Source: a virus
Taxonomy: Duplodnaviria; Heunggongvirae; Uroviricota; Caudoviricetes
IMG/VR virus record: IMGVR_UViG_2648501186_000011
Coordinates: 1 to 19,270 of that record
Direction: 5' to 3' (one strand)
DNA: 19,270 bases
Shown here in pieces: positions 15,540 to 19,270 of the stretch (the first letter of the stretch is position 1; every line of letters starts with the position of its first letter). A program made the position numbers and the translations under genes. The notes under the pieces are model-generated. The model saw only the letters and a program-made list of their open reading frames with translations. It ran no database searches and was not told where the DNA came from.

Positions 15540-16631
15540 ATGAAGACTTACACCGACATTACCAACAAACAATTTTCTACCGCTGATCATTCGGTGGTTA
15601 GGCTTGCTATCTGGTCAGATATGAAATTTACCTTTAAATTTGGGTGTAAAGGATTTAAGATTAATTTTTCAGTTGACCACGTATTACCGGACCGCGCTGA
15701 TGACCTGATTAAGATTTTGCGTTATCGTGGCTATGGCCTAACCAATGGTGAGTTAACCATGATCTACAGCTTCGTTAATAAATCCGGTGATATGCTTGTT
15801 CGTAATATTACTGGTTATGAAATTAACGGTAAAAAAGGTGTTGCTATGACCGTTGTTGGTCGTGGTGGTATGGTTGCCGTTTATACATTCGGGTATAGCG
15901 CATTTTATAGCAAGAAAAATGATTACTATTATGGCAAGCGCACTAAACTAGATCATTACGGTCGTTATAGCCTGGGTGTTGCGGCTAAATATGAAAGTTG
16001 TATTGTTCTTAAAGATTCGATTCATGGTGAATTTGAAATCATGTCACAATACGACAAAACGCCTTATGACTACTACCGTGTAAAAGTTAAAGTACCGAAA
16101 GTGTTAGAGCCTCACGAATCTCATGTTGAATGCCGTGCTAAAACAATTAAAAAACTGCGTGATGAGAATGACCAGCTTTCTACGCGTCTAAGCAAGTTAA
16201 AAACCAAAGTACGAGATAAACGTAATCGTCACACTATCGAAGAACGTAAAGCTGCATACGATGAATACGTGGTTACTTTAAAGAAACGTGATGCTTTGCG
16301 TGAGTATTTTTGCAAAATCGATGCGATGTGCGCTGGTCGTTTGTACAGAGGAAAGAATGTGGCTGCGGTGAGTTTTGAGGAAATGGCAGAATTAACGCCT
16401 ATCAAGGAAGAGATTCAACTACCGAATGAAAAGGTTGCTTTGGTTAACGAAAAACGTAAACTAGTTGAAAAGGTGGCACAGGTGGATAAAGAGATTAAAA
16501 CTAGCGAAGGAATGGTTAAAGAGGCGTACATCGCTTTGCGTGATTCCTTAGAGATTCAAATCAAGCATATTGACCTTGAGATCTTGAAACTGTCCATGCC
16601 TAACCGCCCTACTCTACGTCTTGTTGCTTAA
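15540..16631 (+). CDS. Hypothetical protein B (363 aa): aromatic-rich N-terminal domain plus basic coiled-coil-like C-terminus
   Basis: ORF track; SD AAGAGGA upstream; 27 nt after gene A, so probably co-transcribed. Ends at the strong terminator at 16644-16676. Confidence 0.7.
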   Translation: MKTYTDITNKQFSTADHSVVRLAIWSDMKFTFKFGCKGFKINFSVDHVLPDRADDLIKILRYRGYGLTNGELTMIYSFVNKSGDMLVRNITGYEINGKKGVAMTVVGRGGMVAVYTFGYSAFYSKKNDYYYGKRTKLDHYGRYSLGVAAKYESCIVLKDSIHGEFEIMSQYDKTPYDYYRVKVKVPKVLEPHESHVECRAKTIKKLRDENDQLSTRLSKLKTKVRDKRNRHTIEERKAAYDEYVVTLKKRDALREYFCKIDAMCAGRLYRGKNVAAVSFEEMAELTPIKEEIQLPNEKVALVNEKRKLVEKVAQVDKEIKTSEGMVKEAYIALRDSLEIQIKHIDLEILKLSMPNRPTLRLVA

Positions 16632-16643
16632 GACAATAAAAAA

Positions 16644-16676
16644 GGGAGTCCCCGACGAAAGAGACTCCCTTTTGAT
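16644..16676 (+). terminator. Intrinsic terminator after the A/B operon
   Basis: GGGAGUC-(12-nt loop)-GACUCCC followed by UUUUGAUUU. Confidence 0.75.
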
Positions 16677-16747
16677 TTAGGATCAACACAACAAACAAAT
16701 TAAGGATTCTAAGGAAATTATAATGAACACTACCGTTACATTATTCT

Positions 16748-16782
16748 TTAAAGCCAGAAAATAACCGCCCCCTTCGGGGCGG
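16748..16782 (-). terminator. Intrinsic terminator downstream of the 92-aa membrane-protein gene
   Basis: Minus-strand RNA CCGCCCC-GAAG-GGGGCGG followed by UUAUUUUCUGGCUUU. Confidence 0.6.
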
Positions 16783-16939
16783 GAGGATTAACACTAATCT
16801 ATACTTGTTATGTTTTTATGATGTATAGACCATCGACTATGAAAACACTGTACTGTATGTGTTTTTATGGCTTTTAATCGGGAATCCTCAAAGAAGACCC
16901 CCTGTTAATAACCATAAGGAGAAAAGGCAGATTACATTA

Positions 16940-17218
16940 TTATTTAGTATCCTTGTTACTTAACACAAGAAACACCAGATAAAACAGAATCAGGATAAAG
17001 CACGTTTTACCAAATCCTTCGGGGTTAACATCAAACAGAATCATAGAGATTAACGCTACCACAAAACTAATCGCTTCGATGATAACTACGATAGCAGAAT
17101 ACCCGATAAACGCGCCTAAGAATAATTCGTACTTCTCTTTATTACTGTCAGAAAGACCGTAAGCGGTAATCATGGAAAGCGCGGTAATGATTACGAGATA
17201 AGTCAGAAAAATAGTCAT
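16940..17218 (-). CDS. Small membrane protein (92 aa, about three predicted TM segments)
   Basis: Three hydrophobic stretches (FLTYLVIITALSMITAYGL, LGAFIGYSAIVVIIEAISFVVALISMILF, CFILILFYLVFLVL) and a short polar C-terminus. SD AGAGG upstream. Holin-like or exclusion-protein-like in shape only. Confidence 0.6.
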   Translation of the reverse strand: MTIFLTYLVIITALSMITAYGLSDSNKEKYELFLGAFIGYSAIVVIIEAISFVVALISMILFDVNPEGFGKTCFILILFYLVFLVLSNKDTK

Positions 17219-17250
17219 TTGTATTTTGCCTCTAGTTAGACAAACATCCT

Positions 17251-17296
17251 CAAAAAATCAAATCAGAAAAATTGGGAGGGGAGCATCTAACTCCCC
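17251..17296 (-). terminator. Intrinsic terminator after the small terminase gene
   Basis: Minus-strand RNA GGGGAG-UUAGAUG-CUCCCC followed by a U-rich tract (AAUUUUUCUGAUUUGAUUUUUUG). Confidence 0.6.
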
Positions 17297-17348
17297 TTAG
17301 ACGTTGACCCGTTCAACATCTTTCTCACTATTATTTAGTATCTAATTT

Positions 17349-17906
17349 TTACGACACATCAAATTCATCGTCTTCTTGTTCTTCTTCCGGTTCTTCCTGC
17401 TTCACTTCCTCATCTTCTGAGTATTCATCGTAGGCATCAAGATCCGGTGAAATCATAATATCCCCGATCTCATTCAAACGAGCGGAAATGATATCCTTCA
17501 ATGTTTCTTTCAAAGTACGCTGATCCGTTGCAGCTTCCATAATTTTTAGAGTGTCTACCGTCGCCACCTGCATCATGGTCTGGCGTACATCACCACAAAA
17601 TCCGGCTAGAACTGTTTCTACATAACCTACAGGAATCAGATCATTTAGTTCGGTGCGGTTCTTAAGTTCGATGGCATCGGCCTCGCCTCTCGCCTTTCTT
17701 AATCGTTCTTGTTGGATCTGCGCTTGTACATCCACTTCCCTAAGTGGGTTAATGATGTTCTCAAGCACCCAGGCGATCGCTCTATCCCGTGGACAACGGC
17801 GGGTATTCGTATTATACGGAAGACCACGATCACGCCATTTCTGAACAGCCGGAAGGGAATACCCATACATTTTAGATAATTCGGTTAAAGTTACTTCTTG
17901 CGTCAT
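17349..17906 (-). CDS. Terminase small subunit, lambda Nu1 family (186 aa; start refined from 17981)
   Basis: ATG at 17904-17906 has SD AGAGGA 7 nt upstream; the ORF-track start has none. N-terminal HTH LTELSKMYGYSLPAVQKWRDRGLPY and central ERLRKARGEADAIELKN...VETVLAGFCGDV parallel lambda Nu1 as I recall it. Acidic C-terminal tail. Confidence 0.65.
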   Translation of the reverse strand: MTQEVTLTELSKMYGYSLPAVQKWRDRGLPYNTNTRRCPRDRAIAWVLENIINPLREVDVQAQIQQERLRKARGEADAIELKNRTELNDLIPVGYVETVLAGFCGDVRQTMMQVATVDTLKIMEAATDQRTLKETLKDIISARLNEIGDIMISPDLDAYDEYSEDEEVKQEEPEEEQEDDEFDVS

Positions 17907-18214
17907 GAAACTATCCTCTGAGCTAAAAATATGCGTAATTGTATTTAGACGAAATACGCAATATAACGGCCTATAACGCAATTTAAGAAAATCCCATGTG
18001 ACGGGGCGTTGAGAAGTGATTTAGCTCGTTGTAGGGCTTGTTTGGTGGCTTAACTAAACCAATTTGAAAAAGGCACAAGCGAGATTTAAACCGCGCCGGG
18101 CAAAACACGCCCTCTTTTGCCACCTATCACAGTACCTTTTTGTTGTCAAGTCTTTTTTATCGAATATTTTAAATTTTTTCATCTTTTTTCTCGTGCATTC
18201 ATCCGTTTTTTTCT

Positions 18215-18283
18215 CGGTCAAAATCAATGACTTGACCAGTTGACACTGATCCGGTCATCAATATAATCGGTCACACTTTGACC
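18215..18283. promoter_or_regulatory. Cluster of CGGTCA / TGACC half-sites around the lipoprotein promoter
   Basis: CGGTCA at 18215, 18252 and 18268; TTGACC at 18232 and 18278. Includes the palindrome GGTCA-cactt-TGACC (18269-18283) just downstream of the -10. Confidence 0.45.
18240..18267 (+). promoter_or_regulatory. Near-consensus sigma70 promoter TTGACA, 16-nt spacer, TATAAT
   Basis: -35 TTGACA at 18240-18245 and -10 TATAAT at 18262-18267, about 115 nt upstream of the lipoprotein start codon. Confidence 0.7.
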
Positions 18284-18383
18284 ATGTAAGGTGTGTTTCG
18301 GATGTGAGGATTAACGATAGATATTTACATAAATAAAGATGTGGTTAATCCATTCATCAATTTAATTCTCTGGAGGATATTCT

Positions 18384-18956
18384 ATGTTTAAAAAGATTGG
18401 TGTTATTGCTGCGGTTGTTCTGTTATCTGGTTGTGCGTCTATGGCTGAACTTGAAAAGCGTAGTGATGGTCTTTCGGCTTATCCTGGCATCAAGTATGAA
18501 CAGTTTCAGGGGTATGAGATTGTAAGTAGCTATACAACTACAAAGGCAACTCGCCCATATAACAAACTTAAAATGCAATCCTGTCTCTATGACACTGTGC
18601 GTAATGACATTATGGTGCATACTGACGCATTCAATGAGATTAAAGATTTAGAAGCTGGTGGTCGTATTGTTGAACGCGCCCGTTCTAATAGTGCTATTTT
18701 TAGTGGCAACTTCGAGCAAACTATTACCTTGCGTACTATTGTAGGTGACACTCCCTATACTCAATATGTGAAGTATAAAGGTATTGCTTTACCGTCCGGT
18801 GATAAGACACAGTTCACATTTACCGGATTGAGTGTTAAGCCTAAATCTGGTGGCGAGCATCCACTATGGTCACGTAAAACAAATAGCCCAGAAGAAAGTA
18901 TTAAAGAACTTGATAAGCTGGCGGATGAGATTGCCGATTGTCTTAATGATGAATAA
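18384..18956 (+). CDS. Lipoprotein (190 aa), candidate superinfection-exclusion factor
   Basis: Signal peptide with lipobox MFKKIGVIAAVVLLSG|C. SD GGAGGA 6 nt upstream. Exclusion role is by analogy only. Confidence 0.75.
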   Translation: MFKKIGVIAAVVLLSGCASMAELEKRSDGLSAYPGIKYEQFQGYEIVSSYTTTKATRPYNKLKMQSCLYDTVRNDIMVHTDAFNEIKDLEAGGRIVERARSNSAIFSGNFEQTITLRTIVGDTPYTQYVKYKGIALPSGDKTQFTFTGLSVKPKSGGEHPLWSRKTNSPEESIKELDKLADEIADCLNDE

Positions 18957-18973
18957 AGAATAACTGATTATAT

Positions 18974-18999
18974 AGCCTCGCTAAATGCGGGGCTTTTTT
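18974..18999 (+). terminator. Intrinsic terminator after the lipoprotein gene
   Basis: AGCCUCGC-UAAAU-GCGGGGCU (one G.U) followed by UUUUUU. Confidence 0.75.
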
Positions 19000-19039
19000 G
19001 TGTCTAAATACCATCAAGTTAATTGATGAGGAACACGAC

Positions 19040-19270
19040 ATGACCAAAGAAGAATTTTTGAAGCTGTCCGTTAAAGAGCAGAAGTCACTGGTTAATGACA
19101 TGCTTAATGAGCGTGGCTGGAAGGTGGTTGAAACAGAAGAGTATGGAACTGATTGGCATCAACGGATCATGATCATCAATACTGGTGGTGATGAATGGCG
19201 TGATTGGTGTCTTCGTACTGTTACCCCGCTTTCCCTTGTTACTGGCGTTGGCTTTCTGGAAAGAGAGTAA
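19040..19270 (+). CDS. Hypothetical protein (76 aa; start refined from 18998)
   Basis: ATG at 19040 has SD GAGGAA 6 nt upstream; the ORF-track start overlaps the preceding terminator. Stop is the last codon of the window. Confidence 0.5.
   Translation: MTKEEFLKLSVKEQKSLVNDMLNERGWKVVETEEYGTDWHQRIMIINTGGDEWRDWCLRTVTPLSLVTGVGFLERE

Noticed and set aside
17653-17844. Plus-strand 63-aa ORF
   Set aside because: Antisense to the Nu1-like terminase small subunit gene.
18423-18620. Minus-strand 65-aa ORF
   Set aside because: Antisense to the lipoprotein gene, which has a strong promoter, SD and terminator.
1-19270. tRNA genes, integrase or attachment site
   Set aside because: No T-loop GGTTCGAATCC-type motifs or cloverleaf candidates seen by eye, and no tyrosine or serine recombinase-like ORF; temperate versus virulent lifestyle cannot be decided from this window.

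Overview
The whole window reads as tailed-phage (Caudoviricetes) DNA with a mosaic layout; I see no host housekeeping genes, rRNA, tRNA, CRISPR array or integrase. Bases 1-8870 are a minus-strand morphogenesis block with a lambda-like order: gpA-type terminase large subunit, a 165-aa protein, portal, one 684-aa ORF fusing an HK97-type prohead protease, a very acidic linker and an HK97-fold major capsid protein, three small structural proteins, and a repetitive tail-fibre-like gene running off the left edge. Bases 8871-17348 are accessory or early-type DNA in alternating orientation: two opposite-strand modules of small DNA-binding proteins, an Rha-type antirepressor operon, and an uncharacterised two-gene operon (371 and 363 aa). 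Between them lies a 1.6-kb non-coding hub (12491-14076) with three direct-repeat families, two DnaA-box-like motifs and promoter-like sequences, which I read as a candidate replication origin or centromere-like site. A Nu1-like terminase small subunit sits at 17349-17906, about 8.5 kb from the large subunit, followed by a lipoprotein gene under a near-consensus sigma70 promoter. Everything is from manual reading and remembered family motifs; no searches or computations were run, so product calls are hypotheses.
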